Part shown: one piece after another, positions 32,418-43,709 of the stretch
Numbering within the stretch: the stretch's first letter is position 1
Layout of the letters: each line of letters begins with the position of its first letter
Assembly (NCBI GenBank): GCA_049860595.1
Contig: CP187551.1
Length of the DNA: 64,000 bases
Strand: one strand, 5' to 3'
Origin: Methanocaldococcus sp. 16A
GTDB taxonomy: Archaea > AGJL01 > Methanococci > Methanococcales > Methanocaldococcaceae
Made by a program: the position numbers and the translations under genes
The notes under the pieces: generated by a model
Databases searched by the model: none
Seen by the model: only the letters and a program-made list of their open reading frames with translations
What the model was told of the DNA's origin: nothing

Positions 32418-33512
32418 GTGAAATTTCTAAAAAATGTTTTAGAAGAAGGAAATAAATTAGAGGAGTTCAACGAATTAGAATTATCCCCAGAAGATAAAGA
32501 ATTATTGGAATATTTGCAACAAACTAAAGCAAAGATTACAGTAGTAGGTTGTGGTGGAGCGGGAAACAACACCATTACAAGATTAACATTGGAGGGTATA
32601 GAAGGAGCTAAAACAGTCGCTCTTAATACAGATGCTCAACAATTAATAAGAACAAAAGCAGATAAAAAGATTTTAATTGGTAAAAAATTAACAAGAGGTC
32701 TTGGAGCTGGAGGTAATCCAAAGATTGGTGAAGAAGCAGCAAAAGAAAGTGCTGAAGAGATTAAAGCAGCAATTCAAGATTCAGATATGGTATTTATCAC
32801 CTGTGGATTAGGAGGAGGTACAGGAACAGGTTCAGCCCCCATTGTAGCTGAAATATCTAAAAAAATAGGAGCTTTAACTGTTGCTGTAGTTACTCTACCA
32901 TTTGCTATGGAAGGAAAAGTTAGAATGAAAAATGCAATGGAAGGTTTGGAAAAACTAAAGCAACATACTGACACATTAGTTGTTATTCCTAATGAAAAAT
33001 TATTTGAAATAGTTCCAAATATGCCATTAAAATTGGCATTTAAAGTAGCTGATGAGGTTTTAATCAACTCTGTAAAAGGATTAGTAGAGTTAATAACTAA
33101 AGATGGATTAATTAACGTTGACTTTGCCGATGTTAAAGCTGTTATGAGCAATGGAGGCTTAGCAATGATTGGTATTGGCGAGAGTGATAGTGAGAAGAGG
33201 GCTAAAGAAGCTGTTAACATGGCATTAAACTCTCCACTATTAGATGTTGATATAGATGGTGCTACTGGGGCTTTAATACATATAATGGGTCCTGAAGATT
33301 TAACATTAGATGAAGCTAAAGATGTTGTAGCTACAGTTTCCACAAGATTAGACCCTAACGCTACAATAATATGGGGAGCTACAATAGATGAAAACTTAGA
33401 AAATACTGTGAGAGTTTTATTGGTTGTTACTGGAGTTCAATCAAGAGTTGAATTTGGAGAAACTGGACTTAAAAGGAAAAAAACTGATTTACTAAATATT
33501 CCAAAAATTTAA
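32418..33512 (+). CDS. ftsZ: Cell division protein FtsZ
   Basis: [22 protein letters not shown]. Confidence 0.98.
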   Translation: MKFLKNVLEEGNKLEEFNELELSPEDKELLEYLQQTKAKITVVGCGGAGNNTITRLTLEGIEGAKTVALNTDAQQLIRTKADKKILIGKKLTRGLGAGGNPKIGEEAAKESAEEIKAAIQDSDMVFITCGLGGGTGTGSAPIVAEISKKIGALTVAVVTLPFAMEGKVRMKNAMEGLEKLKQHTDTLVVIPNEKLFEIVPNMPLKLAFKVADEVLINSVKGLVELITKDGLINVDFADVKAVMSNGGLAMIGIGESDSEKRAKEAVNMALNSPLLDVDIDGATGALIHIMGPEDLTLDEAKDVVATVSTRLDPNATIIWGATIDENLENTVRVLLVVTGVQSRVEFGETGLKRKKTDLLNIPKI

Positions 33513-33521
33513 GGGGATACG

Positions 33522-33746
33522 ATGGAATCAAATTTTAATCAAAAAATGGAACAGCTTAAAGAGTTCCTTGAAGAATGTAAGAGAGTTTGGTTAGTTTTGA
33601 AAAAGCCCACAAAAGATGAATATCTAGCTGTTGCTAAAGTTACTGCCTTAGGGATATCTTTATTAGGAATTATTGGCTATATAATCCACGTCCCAGCAAC
33701 ATACATTAAAGGTTTATTAAAACCTCCTGCTACTCCAAAAGTATAA
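33522..33746 (+). CDS. secE: Protein translocase SecE/Sec61-gamma
   Basis: RVWLVLKKPTKDEY plus one TM helix; ftsZ-secE-spt5 order. Confidence 0.93.
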   Translation: MESNFNQKMEQLKEFLEECKRVWLVLKKPTKDEYLAVAKVTALGISLLGIIGYIIHVPATYIKGLLKPPATPKV

Positions 33747-33835
33747 CTCAATTAAACAATAAATTTAGAAACTTTTTTATACAGAATTTTAACGTATTTT
33801 TTATTTTATTTTTTTAAAATTTATTAGGTGAGACT

Positions 33836-34279
33836 ATGATTTTTGCAGTTAGAACTATGGTTGGTCAGGAAAAGAATATAGCTGGATTGATGGCTAGTAG
33901 AGTTGAAAAGGAACAATTAGATGTTTACTCAATATTAGCCTCAGAGTCCTTGAAAGGATATGTTTTAGTTGAGGCGGAGACAAAAGGAGATGTCGAGGAA
34001 TTAATAAAAGGGATGCCAAGAGTTAGGGGAATCGTTCCTGGAACAGTGGCTATTGAAGAAATAGAGCCATTATTAACTCCAAAGAAAATTATTGAGAACA
34101 TTGAGAAAGGAGATGTTGTTGAAATTATTGCCGGACCGTTTAAAGGAGAGAGAGCAAAGGTTATTAGAGTTGATAAAAATAAAGAAGAGGTTACTTTGGA
34201 ACTTGAAAACGCTACAGTTCCAATACCAATAACCTTATCTGTCGAAGGTGTTAAAATAGTTTCAAAGCATAAAGATTAA
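33836..34279 (+). CDS. spt5: Transcription elongation factor Spt5
   Basis: NGN domain (GQE, KGYVLVE) plus KOW (GPFKGERAKV). Confidence 0.96.
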   Translation: MIFAVRTMVGQEKNIAGLMASRVEKEQLDVYSILASESLKGYVLVEAETKGDVEELIKGMPRVRGIVPGTVAIEEIEPLLTPKKIIENIEKGDVVEIIAGPFKGERAKVIRVDKNKEEVTLELENATVPIPITLSVEGVKIVSKHKD

Positions 34280-34376
34280 ATAGGACTTCCGCAGTTTATA
34301 TGTCAATTAAGGCAATTATGATGCCTATAAGACATCAATAATCATTATAAAATTTTATTCCCGCTAAAGTTCTATT
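34279..34376. repeat. Family A element
   Basis: AATAGGACTTCCGCAG...AAAGTTCTATT; central GATGCC/GACATC. Confidence 0.8.
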
Positions 34377-34450
34377 AAATTTATATGGAAGGCATAACTT
34401 TATATACTTAATGCATTAATTTTATCTACACATTAATTCTTTTAATGAAC

Positions 34451-34547
34451 ATAGAACTTTCGTAAGAATAAATCTTTATAAGAAAAAATGATGCCTTTAG
34501 GTATCCAACTACCTTAATTAAAATAAACAAAACGCGGAAGGCCTATT
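34451..34547. repeat. Degenerate family A element upstream of rpl11
   Basis: ATAGAACTTTCG...GATGCC-TTTA-GGTATC...GCGGAAGGCCTATT. Confidence 0.7.
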
Positions 34548-34571
34548 CCAATATACTTTGAGGTGAATATT

Positions 34572-35057
34572 ATGGCTAAAGAGGTTGTTGAGGTATTAGT
34601 TACTGGAGGTAGAGCAACAGCAGGACCACCATTAGGACCAGCAATTGGGCCTTTAGGAGTTAACGTCATGCAGGTTGTTAAAGAGATTAATGAAAAAACA
34701 AAAGACTATGAAGGAATGCAAGTCCCAGTTAAAGTTATAGTTGATACAGAAACAAGAAAGTTTGAAATTGAAGTAGGAATTCCTCCAACAACTGCTTTAA
34801 TTAAAAAAGAGTTAGGAATTGAAACAGCCGCTCACGAACCAAGACACGAAGTTGTTGGAAACTTAACATTAGAGCAAGTTATTAAAATAGCCAAGATGAA
34901 AATGGATTCAATGCTCTCCTATACTTTAAAAAACGCTGTAAAAGAAGTTTTAGGAACCTGTGGTTCAATGGGAGTAACAGTTGAAGGAAAAGACCCTAAA
35001 GAAGTACAAAAAGAAATTGATGCCGGAGTTTATGATGAATACTTCAAAGAAGAATAA
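34572..35057 (+). CDS. rpl11: 50S ribosomal protein L11
   Basis: [18 protein letters not shown]. Confidence 0.97.
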   Translation: MAKEVVEVLVTGGRATAGPPLGPAIGPLGVNVMQVVKEINEKTKDYEGMQVPVKVIVDTETRKFEIEVGIPPTTALIKKELGIETAAHEPRHEVVGNLTLEQVIKIAKMKMDSMLSYTLKNAVKEVLGTCGSMGVTVEGKDPKEVQKEIDAGVYDEYFKEE

Positions 35058-35097
35058 ATTATTTCTTTTTTTATATTTTTTAACGATATAATTTTCA

Positions 35098-35218
35098 ATA
35101 AGACTTTTGCAGGAATATTATTAAATATATAAAGTACAAAAGTCCTATTTTAAGTATTTTTTACATTTATTCATTAATTAATGTGCATTATTATATTTAT
35201 TCCTGAGAAAGTCTTATT
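35098..35218. repeat. Short family A element (35098-35149) plus a second right end (about 35197-35218)
   Basis: AATAAGACTTTTGCAGG...AAAAGTCCTATT; TTCCTGAGAAAGTCTTATT. Confidence 0.7.
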
Positions 35219-35267
35219 AAATATAAAATAAGATTATTATCTATTTAAATCTTTTTTGAGGGGGAGT

Positions 35268-35978
35268 ATGAGAATTGAATTAGAACTACAAACAGATAAT
35301 TTTACAGTAATTCCTTACAATCATCAGTATTATTTGGCATCCGCCATATATAGCAAAATACACTCTGCAAGTCCAGAATATGCTGAAAGATTACATAGCT
35401 ATCAAAAATTTAAGTTCTTTACCTTCTCTTTATTGCAGATAAAAAAGAGAGTTATTAGAAAGGAAGGGATTGAAACAATAGATGGAAAAGCTTATCTTTA
35501 TATTTCTTCTCCAAAAACTGAATTTATAAAGAATTTTGTTGAAGGGCTTTTAGAAGATGGAAAACTAAGAGTAGGAAATATTGAGTTTTATATAAATAAG
35601 GCTAAAATACTCCCAATACCAAAAAAATTTAATATATTAAAAACACTCTCTCCAATATATTTAAAAACAAAGATTAATGTAGATGGTAAATTAAAAGACT
35701 ATGATTTACTTCCAAATAATTCTAAATTTTATGAAAATTTAAAAAACAATCTAAAAAAGAAATATGAAGCATTTTATAATGAGAAATGTGATATGGACTT
35801 TGAATTCGAAATTTTAAAATATAAACCTAAGAGGATGAGAATAAAGAATATTTACTGTAGATGTTCTGAAATGGTGTTTAAGGTTTGGGGTGATTACGAA
35901 CTAATAAAATTTGGTTATGAGTGTGGCTTTGGAGAGAAGAATAGTATGGGTTTTGGAATGGTTATGAATATTGATTAA
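35268..35978 (+). CDS. cas6: CRISPR-associated endoribonuclease Cas6
   Basis: C-terminal GFGEKNSMGFG glycine loop, FKFFTFS. Confidence 0.95.
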   Translation: MRIELELQTDNFTVIPYNHQYYLASAIYSKIHSASPEYAERLHSYQKFKFFTFSLLQIKKRVIRKEGIETIDGKAYLYISSPKTEFIKNFVEGLLEDGKLRVGNIEFYINKAKILPIPKKFNILKTLSPIYLKTKINVDGKLKDYDLLPNNSKFYENLKNNLKKKYEAFYNEKCDMDFEFEILKYKPKRMRIKNIYCRCSEMVFKVWGDYELIKFGYECGFGEKNSMGFGMVMNID

Positions 35979-36031
35979 ATTTCTATTTTTTAATTTTTAA
36001 ATTACTTTACTTTTTTAAATTAAAATTTTAT

Positions 36032-36047
36032 CGATAAATTTATATAT
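36032..36047 (+). promoter_or_regulatory. Putative internal promoter for cas8b and downstream genes
   Basis: CGATAAATTTATATAT BRE/TATA downstream of a T-rich tract after cas6. Confidence 0.55.
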
Positions 36048-36100
36048 GAATTTAGAAGAGGGTACATTATTGTAGCTATTAGATTTTTACTGGTGAAGGT

Positions 36101-37675
36101 ATGCCAGATATGACACTTGATAAATTCATAAACCAAAGTAATGTAGAAAATAAAAGTTATAAAAAATCTAAAAATTTTATATTTAAAATTCCAATTTACC
36201 ATGATGTGTGGATGGATAACGCATTAGAAAACTTTTATCGAATTTTAAAAAAGATAGATATTGAAGACTTTAATGTCACACTAACCGGTGATAAACTAAT
36301 CTTTGAATTTGATGATTTTGAAGAGTTTAAAAATGCATTAATTCAGCAAATAAAGCATAAATATAAAAATATGATTGTAATGGGGGTAGATAAAAAAACA
36401 GGAGTTACAAAAGAGATTAAAAAGGACTTTATTTTACTCCAAGAAGGTAAAAAAGAGGGAGGTACTGTAAAATTAAAAGAAGAGATATTTGACTGGAATA
36501 AACTGCCTAAAATACTGAACGAACTTAATGAAAACAAAAAAGGAAACAAAATCTGTATAATGTGCGGAGGCAGATACAAAAAAAGCTATACATTAAAACA
36601 GGCAATTTATCCATTTGTAACGAAGAATAAAAGCTTAAGTGGAATTAGAACAATTAAATCACTTCCAGATTATCACAAAAATCTATGTTTAATGTGCTAT
36701 TTGTTGGGGGTTTTGGAATGGACTGACGAGGGACTTTTATATTATACATTAGGAAATGAAAAAACATTTTTATTCCTTCCAATATTTGATGACTTAATTA
36801 AACTTAACACATTCAAAGAAGATACATTGCATGCTGGAATCTTAAATTCTTCGGGAGAGTCAGCAAGATATGGAAACTTAGCTAAAAATCCAAATTCTGA
36901 TGAAATTGAAAAAACTTCTGGAGAATATAGCACTTTATTGGCATTTTATGAAAAGTTTATTGTGAATGTGAAAGAGAGTGAGGTATTATGCAATAAGTGG
37001 GGAGTGTTGCATATTCCAATAAAAAGCAAAGTCAAAAATGTCAAGTTTGAGACAATAAATGTTGATAAGGGAATGTTGGAGGTGATAGGGAAGTTAGTAG
37101 AGGAAAATTACTTAATTTATGATGAATTTGTTAAAGGAATATTTTTTAAAAAGTATAATAACAAAAAATTCACAACTGATTGGGAATTTACTCATGAAAT
37201 TAGAGAGAATTTATCAAAATCTCTATTGATAAATGATTTTAGAACTTTCTCAAAGCAGTTAATGCCAAGAAAAGGAGGTTTAGTTATCTTATCATCAGAT
37301 GCTTATCAAATTTTGGATGAACTCATCTATCTCTGGAGGTTGGTAAATATGGGAATTCCTAAGGAGAAATTGGATATAATAAAAAGTGTTGGTAATATTA
37401 TTGCAAAAATATCCATTGGAAATTCCTCTTTATTGTACAAACTTGATAAAGTTAGAACTATTGAAGAGTTTTGGAGTGTTTTAAGGGAAATATCAAGAAA
37501 AATGGCTGGAATGGAAAAAGAAGAACTTAGAGAGATAAAGCCAACTGCAATAGATGAACTTGTAATTATGGTCAAAGAACATGAAAAAATCTGGAAGGAG
37601 ATTAGGGATTTGTTAGTTATCTACTCATCCATGTATCTTGCCATTAAAAAATTAAAAAAGGAAGGGGGGAATTAA
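36101..37675 (+). CDS. cas8b: Type I-B large subunit Cas8b (CXXC-CXXC)
   Basis: CIMC...NLCLMC zinc motif; position between cas6 and cas7. Confidence 0.8.
   Translation: MPDMTLDKFINQSNVENKSYKKSKNFIFKIPIYHDVWMDNALENFYRILKKIDIEDFNVTLTGDKLIFEFDDFEEFKNALIQQIKHKYKNMIVMGVDKKTGVTKEIKKDFILLQEGKKEGGTVKLKEEIFDWNKLPKILNELNENKKGNKICIMCGGRYKKSYTLKQAIYPFVTKNKSLSGIRTIKSLPDYHKNLCLMCYLLGVLEWTDEGLLYYTLGNEKTFLFLPIFDDLIKLNTFKEDTLHAGILNSSGESARYGNLAKNPNSDEIEKTSGEYSTLLAFYEKFIVNVKESEVLCNKWGVLHIPIKSKVKNVKFETINVDKGMLEVIGKLVEENYLIYDEFVKGIFFKKYNNKKFTTDWEFTHEIRENLSKSLLINDFRTFSKQLMPRKGGLVILSSDAYQILDELIYLWRLVNMGIPKEKLDIIKSVGNIIAKISIGNSSLLYKLDKVRTIEEFWSVLREISRKMAGMEKEELREIKPTAIDELVIMVKEHEKIWKEIRDLLVIYSSMYLAIKKLKKEGGN
37349..37675 (+). 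CDS. Putative internally translated Cas11 small subunit (108 aa)
   Basis: GGAGGT at 37335-37340, 8 nt before an in-frame ATG; helical C-terminal domain. Confidence 0.65.
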   Translation: MGIPKEKLDIIKSVGNIIAKISIGNSSLLYKLDKVRTIEEFWSVLREISRKMAGMEKEELREIKPTAIDELVIMVKEHEKIWKEIRDLLVIYSSMYLAIKKLKKEGGN

Positions 37676-38581
37676 ATGAAGGGCATAGAGATAGTTTGGT
37701 TATCAAAAACTGATTTAACAAACCTAAACTCTGGTGAAGGGGAGAGTAATTTTATTGATATTAAGAAATTTAAAAAAAATGGAATTGAATATCCTTATGT
37801 TTCAGGGCAGGCAATGAGGTATTATATAAAAGAGGCGATTAGAAGGAATTTAGATGAGAATGAATTTATGTGCGTCCCAGATGATAAAGGAGAGACGTGT
37901 GGAAATATAGAAAACTGTATTGGATGTGACCTCTTTGGATTCATGAAGCCAGAAAAAGATGTTGGAGCAAGAACAAGAGTCTCACCAGTAAAGGTATCAC
38001 CAGCAATAGGGTTATTACCGTTTGATGAGAACTCAACAGTTGATTTTTTAACAAGAAGATATAGAGGGGGAGAAAAATCAGAGGGAGATATAGTAAATGT
38101 TGAGATTGGTGTCAATATCTACAAGGTAGGGGTAGCAATTGATGTTAAAAGAGTTGGAGGAGAGGAAAAGATTGAAGATGGAACAGTTAAGATTGATTAC
38201 CTCATAGATGATAAAGAACGTAAAAATAGGATTTCAAAGGTTATAGAATCTTTAAGATACTTGTCAGATTACTCAAAGCAGGCGAGATTATTAACTGATT
38301 TCACACCAGACTTTATAATAATTGCTTTCCAAGATATATATTCCCACAGATTGCAAAAGGCAATAGATTTGAAAGATAATGTAATAAATGTTGAGTTATT
38401 AAAGGTAATCCTTAGAGATGTTTCAGAATATTCACCAAAAATATTTGTTGGGCTTGTTCCAAACTTCTTTGAGAATGAAGAAGAAATTAAAAGGCTATTT
38501 GAGGAAATGGACATAGAAGTTAAAGCACCTCATGAGGCAATAAAAGATGCATTGAGTTACTTAGAAGAAATTAACTTATAA
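37676..38581 (+). CDS. cas7: Cas7 (Cst2/DevR family)
   Basis: [29 protein letters not shown]. Confidence 0.92.
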   Translation: MKGIEIVWLSKTDLTNLNSGEGESNFIDIKKFKKNGIEYPYVSGQAMRYYIKEAIRRNLDENEFMCVPDDKGETCGNIENCIGCDLFGFMKPEKDVGARTRVSPVKVSPAIGLLPFDENSTVDFLTRRYRGGEKSEGDIVNVEIGVNIYKVGVAIDVKRVGGEEKIEDGTVKIDYLIDDKERKNRISKVIESLRYLSDYSKQARLLTDFTPDFIIIAFQDIYSHRLQKAIDLKDNVINVELLKVILRDVSEYSPKIFVGLVPNFFENEEEIKRLFEEMDIEVKAPHEAIKDALSYLEEINL

Positions 38582-38593
38582 ATTGGTGTTTCT

Positions 38594-39370
38594 ATGTGGG
38601 GGTTGAAGTTTAGAGTTGAAGGAATTTACTTTGTAAGTTTTAGGAAGCCAGTTACAACATCTTTATCTTTAACTTATAAACTACCTCCTTTTACGGCAAT
38701 TAGAGGGATAATAGGAAATGCCTTAGGATTGCCAAGGGATTCATTTGAGATTCAAAATTGGTTTAAGATTGGAATGAGGGTTGATGATAAAATAGAGATT
38801 GGTAGAGAAATGGCTAAATTCTTAAAGATGATTTCAAGAAAATCGTGTTATAGATGTGAGAGTTGTGGATTTGAGAAAATATCTGACTCAAAGCCAAAAA
38901 AATGTCCAAACTGTGGAAAAGAGAATATTGTAAAAGTGGAGAAGGTGATTTATGAAAGAACCTTTCCATCTTCACCAATGCATAGAGAATTTTTAATAAT
39001 GCCAAAATATTGGATTTATCTTGTGGGAGAAGAGAAGAAAATAAAAAAGATTTATAATGCCTTAAATAATCCAGAGAGACCTTTATATCTTGGAACTTCT
39101 GATGATTTGGTAGATGTTGAGATATTTGAGCCAGTTAGAGTAAAAGAAGTTGAAGAAAATGAGATAAATAGTATCTTAGACGGAATTTATGAAAATTGCA
39201 TCCTTGAAAAACTACCATACAAGTTTATCCCAATAAAAGACAAGAAAGGTAACTTAAAAGAGGTTTATTCTGAATATAAACTAGTTTCTATTCCAACGAA
39301 GTTTCCATATTTGTCTGAAAAATCTTTAAAAGTTTGGGACTTTGGAGATGAATTTATCAGGGTGTTTTAA
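38594..39370 (+). CDS. cas5: Cas5 with inserted zinc ribbon
   Basis: SFRKP...TYKLPPFTAIRGIIG, PLYLG; CESC...CPNCG insert. Confidence 0.92.
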   Translation: MWGLKFRVEGIYFVSFRKPVTTSLSLTYKLPPFTAIRGIIGNALGLPRDSFEIQNWFKIGMRVDDKIEIGREMAKFLKMISRKSCYRCESCGFEKISDSKPKKCPNCGKENIVKVEKVIYERTFPSSPMHREFLIMPKYWIYLVGEEKKIKKIYNALNNPERPLYLGTSDDLVDVEIFEPVRVKEVEENEINSILDGIYENCILEKLPYKFIPIKDKKGNLKEVYSEYKLVSIPTKFPYLSEKSLKVWDFGDEFIRVF

Positions 39371-41745
39371 TGATTATTGCCAAAAGGGAGGGTGAGGCAT
39401 TTCAGACATTGAAAGGGCATACCTACGATGCATTAAAAATCTATAAAGAATATTTGGAAAGAAATTTTCATGTAGTTGATGATTTCTGCAATAGATGGGA
39501 AATTCCAACTGAAAAATTTATAAAAAATACTTTTTTCACCATTTATTTGCATGATATTGGTAAAATAACAAAAGAATTCCAAAATAATATACAAAACGGA
39601 AAAAGAAGCAATAAACATCCTCATCCACTTTATGCCCTTCCAATTATCAACAGTATTGAGTTTGATTATCTTCTCGATATCCCAATTGAGATTTTTGCTA
39701 TTTTATCCCACCATACACAACTATATGATAACTTATATGCTGATTATCAACAATATAAAAAAGGGACTTTTTTAATAGAAGAAATCAAAGATTTTATAAA
39801 AAATTCCAAAGATGCTTATAAATCTCTTGGATTTTCAGAGTTTTTTGAATTTGGAGATTTATTCAAAGATTTAGAAAAATTCAATATCCCAGAAGAAGTT
39901 AAACCTTTAGAATTGCACAAATTGAGAAGACCTCTTTGGAAAAATACAAAAAAATATATTGATTCACTAAGTTTCAACGAAAAGATTAAAATAAAATCAA
40001 TATTCTCATTCATGTTTTCTATCCTTCAATTGTGTGATGATTTTGCAAGTTTAAACTTTCGTGAATATGCGAAGGATAAGGAAGGAACTTTTGATGATGT
40101 TTTGGAAAATCCAGAAGTTTATATCCCAACAGTAAATATTGAGAATCCAATATCATTTATATTAAAAGATTATGAGCCATACAAATTCCAAAAAGAACTT
40201 TACCATTCAAAAAATAAGTTTGTGATGTTGTTTGCTCCTTGTGGGAGAGGTAAGACAGAAGGAGCATTACTTTGGGCTTTGAATGCATTAAAAAACTTCA
40301 AAAGAAATAAAATTATTTTTGCGATGCCTACGCAAGTAACAAGTAATGCAATGTACGATAGATTAACAAAAATTTTTGGAGAAGAAAATGTTGGTTTATT
40401 TCATGGAAAGAGCTTTATAAAATTGAAGGATTCAAAAGAGATAGATGATGAAGAGAATTTAGAAGAAATTAAAGATGAGAATTTTAAAGGAAATGTATTT
40501 TTTAAGCCAATTACGATAACTACTATTGACCATGTTATATATTCTTTTGTTCATGGCTTTTCTCAGGCAGATTTTGCATTGGGGAATATTCAAAATTCAG
40601 TTATAGTTTTTGATGAAGTTCATTACTACGAAAAATATACCTTAGAGCATCTACTGACACTTTTTGATATTTTAAAGAGAATGGATATCCCACATTTACT
40701 TATGAGTGGGACACTACCAAGCTTTTTAATTAACTGTCTTGAAGGTTATGAGATTGTAGTTGATGAAGAAGGATTAGATTACAAACCTTTTAAACTTGAA
40801 TGTTCAGAAAATCATTTAATTTGGAAAGAAAATGGTGAATGGAAATTTAATGAAGACATAATCAATGAAATAATAGAGAATTATAAAAAAGGTCTATCTC
40901 AGGCGATTATCTTAAATACTGTTGAAAGAGCGAAGGAATTTTATAAGGCAATAAGGGACAAAGTTCCAGCAATTCTTTATCATTCTCAATTTACCTATAA
41001 AGATAGAGTTAAAAAGGAAGATGAGATTTTTAATTTGGAAGAGATGAGAAAAAGTCTAAATAAACCTTATGTTGTTGTTGCTACTCAAGTAATTGAAATC
41101 TCTCTCGATATGTCTGTTGATGTTATGTATTCTGAGTTATCTCCACCAGATGCACTTGGACAGAGGGCTGGAAGACTTCATAGAAAAGGAAAGGATTGGA
41201 AAGAGAATGGAAAAGAATTTAAACTAAAAATATTCTTGCCATATAAACACTTGCCATATAGCAAAGAACTAATAGAAAGAACAATTGACTATATAAAATT
41301 TTATGAAAAACCTCTAAATTATAGAGATATCAAAGATTTTGTTGATAATGTTTATAAAGATTATAATTTAACCATTCCTAGTAATTTAAAGACATTTTTT
41401 GATGAGGCAATATTATTTGGACGGCATTGGACAGATATAGCAACGATAGATGAAGAAGGAAAATTCTTTAAAGTTAGAGATGATAAGTTTATGAAGATTG
41501 AAGTAGTTCCAAAAGTTTATTTTGATGAATTGGGAGAAGATGCATTGAGAGCAGAGTATATGGCAAAAATTCCAGCCTATTTAATTTTAAATGAAATAAA
41601 AAATGAGGATGGATTGATACACTTTTACCATTATGAAAAAAGAGTTGGTAGAAGAACCAGAAGATATTTAATTTGTTCATTTAAATATACCTATGAAATA
41701 GGATTTGACTACAAAGAGGAAGAGGAGTTTGAAGACATCTTATAG
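39370..41745 (+). CDS. cas3: Cas3 HD nuclease-helicase
   Basis: LHDIGK, APCGRGKT, DEVH, SGT, QRAGRLHR. Confidence 0.96.
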   Translation: MIIAKREGEAFQTLKGHTYDALKIYKEYLERNFHVVDDFCNRWEIPTEKFIKNTFFTIYLHDIGKITKEFQNNIQNGKRSNKHPHPLYALPIINSIEFDYLLDIPIEIFAILSHHTQLYDNLYADYQQYKKGTFLIEEIKDFIKNSKDAYKSLGFSEFFEFGDLFKDLEKFNIPEEVKPLELHKLRRPLWKNTKKYIDSLSFNEKIKIKSIFSFMFSILQLCDDFASLNFREYAKDKEGTFDDVLENPEVYIPTVNIENPISFILKDYEPYKFQKELYHSKNKFVMLFAPCGRGKTEGALLWALNALKNFKRNKIIFAMPTQVTSNAMYDRLTKIFGEENVGLFHGKSFIKLKDSKEIDDEENLEEIKDENFKGNVFFKPITITTIDHVIYSFVHGFSQADFALGNIQNSVIVFDEVHYYEKYTLEHLLTLFDILKRMDIPHLLMSGTLPSFLINCLEGYEIVVDEEGLDYKPFKLECSENHLIWKENGEWKFNEDIINEIIENYKKGLSQAIILNTVERAKEFYKAIRDKVPAILYHSQFTYKDRVKKEDEIFNLEEMRKSLNKPYVVVATQVIEISLDMSVDVMYSELSPPDALGQRAGRLHRKGKDWKENGKEFKLKIFLPYKHLPYSKELIERTIDYIKFYEKPLNYRDIKDFVDNVYKDYNLTIPSNLKTFFDEAILFGRHWTDIATIDEEGKFFKVRDDKFMKIEVVPKVYFDELGEDALRAEYMAKIPAYLILNEIKNEDGLIHFYHYEKRVGRRTRRYLICSFKYTYEIGFDYKEEEEFEDIL

Positions 41746-43246
<1,501 letters not shown>

Positions 43247-43251
43247 AAATT

Positions 43252-43348
43252 AATAGAGCTTTCACAGTTTATATGTTAAATTTGGAACTTTGACACCTTT
43301 AGGTATTTATATTTCAATTAAAAAATTTATTCTCGTGAAAGTCCTATT
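43252..43348. repeat. Family A element between convergent cas1 and cas2
   Basis: AATAGAGCTTTCACAG...GACACC-TTTA-GGT...GTGAAAGTCCTATT. Confidence 0.8.
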
Positions 43349-43610
43349 AAATAATATCATCAATTGGATTTTTCTCTACACCAAAAATCTCTCTTTTAGG
43401 CATAAAATCTAATGGAAATTGATAAATAATTACTGAATCCTCATTTTCATCAATAATTCTTAAAAGCCCATCTTTTATCCTTTCAAGCTCAGCTTTTGTA
43501 ACCTCCCCCTCAAAAACACTATTTTGAACCCAGTTTAAATGCTTCCTTAAAAAGCTTTTTACTTTATTTACTCTTGCAACATTCACATCATAGACAATAA
43601 TAACATACAT
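43347..43610 (-). CDS. cas2: Cas2
   Basis: MYVIIVYDV, WVQNSVFEG, DSVIIY. Confidence 0.96.
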   Translation of the reverse strand: MYVIIVYDVNVARVNKVKSFLRKHLNWVQNSVFEGEVTKAELERIKDGLLRIIDENEDSVIIYQFPLDFMPKREIFGVEKNPIDDII

Positions 43611-43642
43611 ATTATCATCATTATGGATTATTTTTAATATTA

Positions 43643-43660
43643 AACTGCAAAAATCCTATT
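43643..43660. repeat. Family A half element upstream of cas2
   Basis: AACTGCAAAAATCCTATT. Confidence 0.55.
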
Positions 43661-43709
43661 TAAAAAAGTTTCCATCTCATAAAGATGGAAAAATTAAAAA
43701 ATCGATAAG

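Noticed and set aside
32774-33343. Long antisense ORFs (also 60184-60693, 52893-53396, 15860-16306 and similar)
   Set aside because: Shadow frames of real genes, Ser/Phe/Ile-rich, with no RBS
35979-36100. Possible CreTA-like mini-array between cas6 and cas8b
   Set aside because: No repeat-like or ATGGAAAC handle sequence seen; only a T-tract and a promoter
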